Shown: positions 63,277 through 64,000 of the stretch, one piece after another
Position numbering within the stretch: the stretch's first letter is position 1
Layout of the letters: every line of letters starts with the position of its first letter
Program-made: the position numbers and the translations under genes
Notes under the pieces: generated by a model
Database searches by the model: none
What the model was told of the DNA's origin: nothing
What the model saw: the letters and a program-made list of their open reading frames with translations, nothing else
Source of the DNA: Mytilus californianus
Lineage: Eukaryota
Reading direction: 5' to 3'
NCBI RefSeq assembly: GCF_021869535.1
Contig: NW_026262712.1
Span: 59,396,001-59,460,000, forward strand
Length of the DNA stretch: 64,000 nucleotides

Positions 63277-64000
63277 AGCAAGGTTCACACAGCCGATCAG
63301 ATCTACTCGATGATCCCGATTGACCACATTTCCACGACCAAGCGTTACCAAATTCTTGATCGGGTTTGTTTACGACTTCTATCCGACCGTACACGACTCC
63401 GACTCGACTATTTACGGCTCCTTTACAACTTCTTCACGACTTCACCCCAACCGCTAATTGAATATCTATTCGATGATCCCGACCAGTTCACAATCTTTAC
63501 TCGACTAGCTAGACTAAATCAACTATACTCGATCTCAACTTGACCAGATCGACCTGATTGCATAGGGGTCGTAGGAATAGTCGGGAATCAGTCGGATATG
63601 TACATTTTCAGTATTAAAACGTCTGATTTGTATGCCCCCGTGTCACATGGACATATTCTCTAATCATTGTCATTATCATTCAATAGACAACAGAATTTCA
63701 GAGTAAAATCGTACATTTAAAATATCTACAATGAGATAGAGCAGTTGCATTTGTGGGGAAGATGTTTAGAGCTTCAGAGAGACAGGTTCATAACTGTGAC
63801 AGAACTTGAATAGAAGCGTGGAAAACGGACAAGAAGGCGTAGACAGCAACGGCGCATATAACTCTAGGTGAGGCAGTGGCTGACACGGTGACCACTGTAC
63901 AGGCTGTATAAGAGACTGGTGCGGGAGCTCAACAGGAAGAACCCTAATCTCACACAGAATAGAAAAAAACCAGAACACCAATTTTAGGTAAGTTGACATG
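63277..64000 (+). mobile_element. Left end of a second Harbinger of the same family with decayed transposase N-terminus; runs off window
   Basis: TAA|agcaaggttcacacagccgatcag matches the reverse complement of the 63110 end. ~63780-63945 reads RTRRRRQQRRI*L*VRQWLTR*PLYRLYKRLVRELNRKNP. Confidence 0.85.

Noticed and set aside
657-63999. Most ORFs in the supplied six-frame track
   Set aside because: 60-100 aa, low-complexity F/L/I/K-rich translations expected by chance in AT-rich DNA, or antisense and off-frame readings of repeats.

Overview
AT-rich eukaryotic genomic DNA with no prokaryotic gene organisation. The repeat content resembles a bivalve mollusc, probably Mytilus (inference from repeat families, not tested). 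I find no intact host protein-coding gene, and most of the supplied short ORFs are noise or decayed transposon sequence. The window is a mosaic of mobile elements: three Penelope-like (Naiad-type) RT remnants with many non-coding 3' tails, a decayed gag-pol-env Gypsy element, two adjacent PIF/Harbinger elements, a possible 13.5-kb CACTA-bounded element, a DINE-1/Helentron-like element with a 158-bp tandem array, SINEs and MITEs. The most striking signal is RNA structure. About ten of the retroelement 3' tails, from at least three sequence subfamilies, contain a type-P5 twister ribozyme fold with compensatory changes in P2, P3, P4, P5 and the T2 pseudoknot, and with two palindromes where P1 should be. 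One of these tails can be linked by overlap to a Naiad RT ORF. Separately, a 538-bp tandem repeat inserted in a (TA)n tract carries one minimal type I hammerhead ribozyme per unit (retrozyme/pLTR-like). All folds and alignments were done by eye. No individual twister copy here is a perfect match to the consensus.
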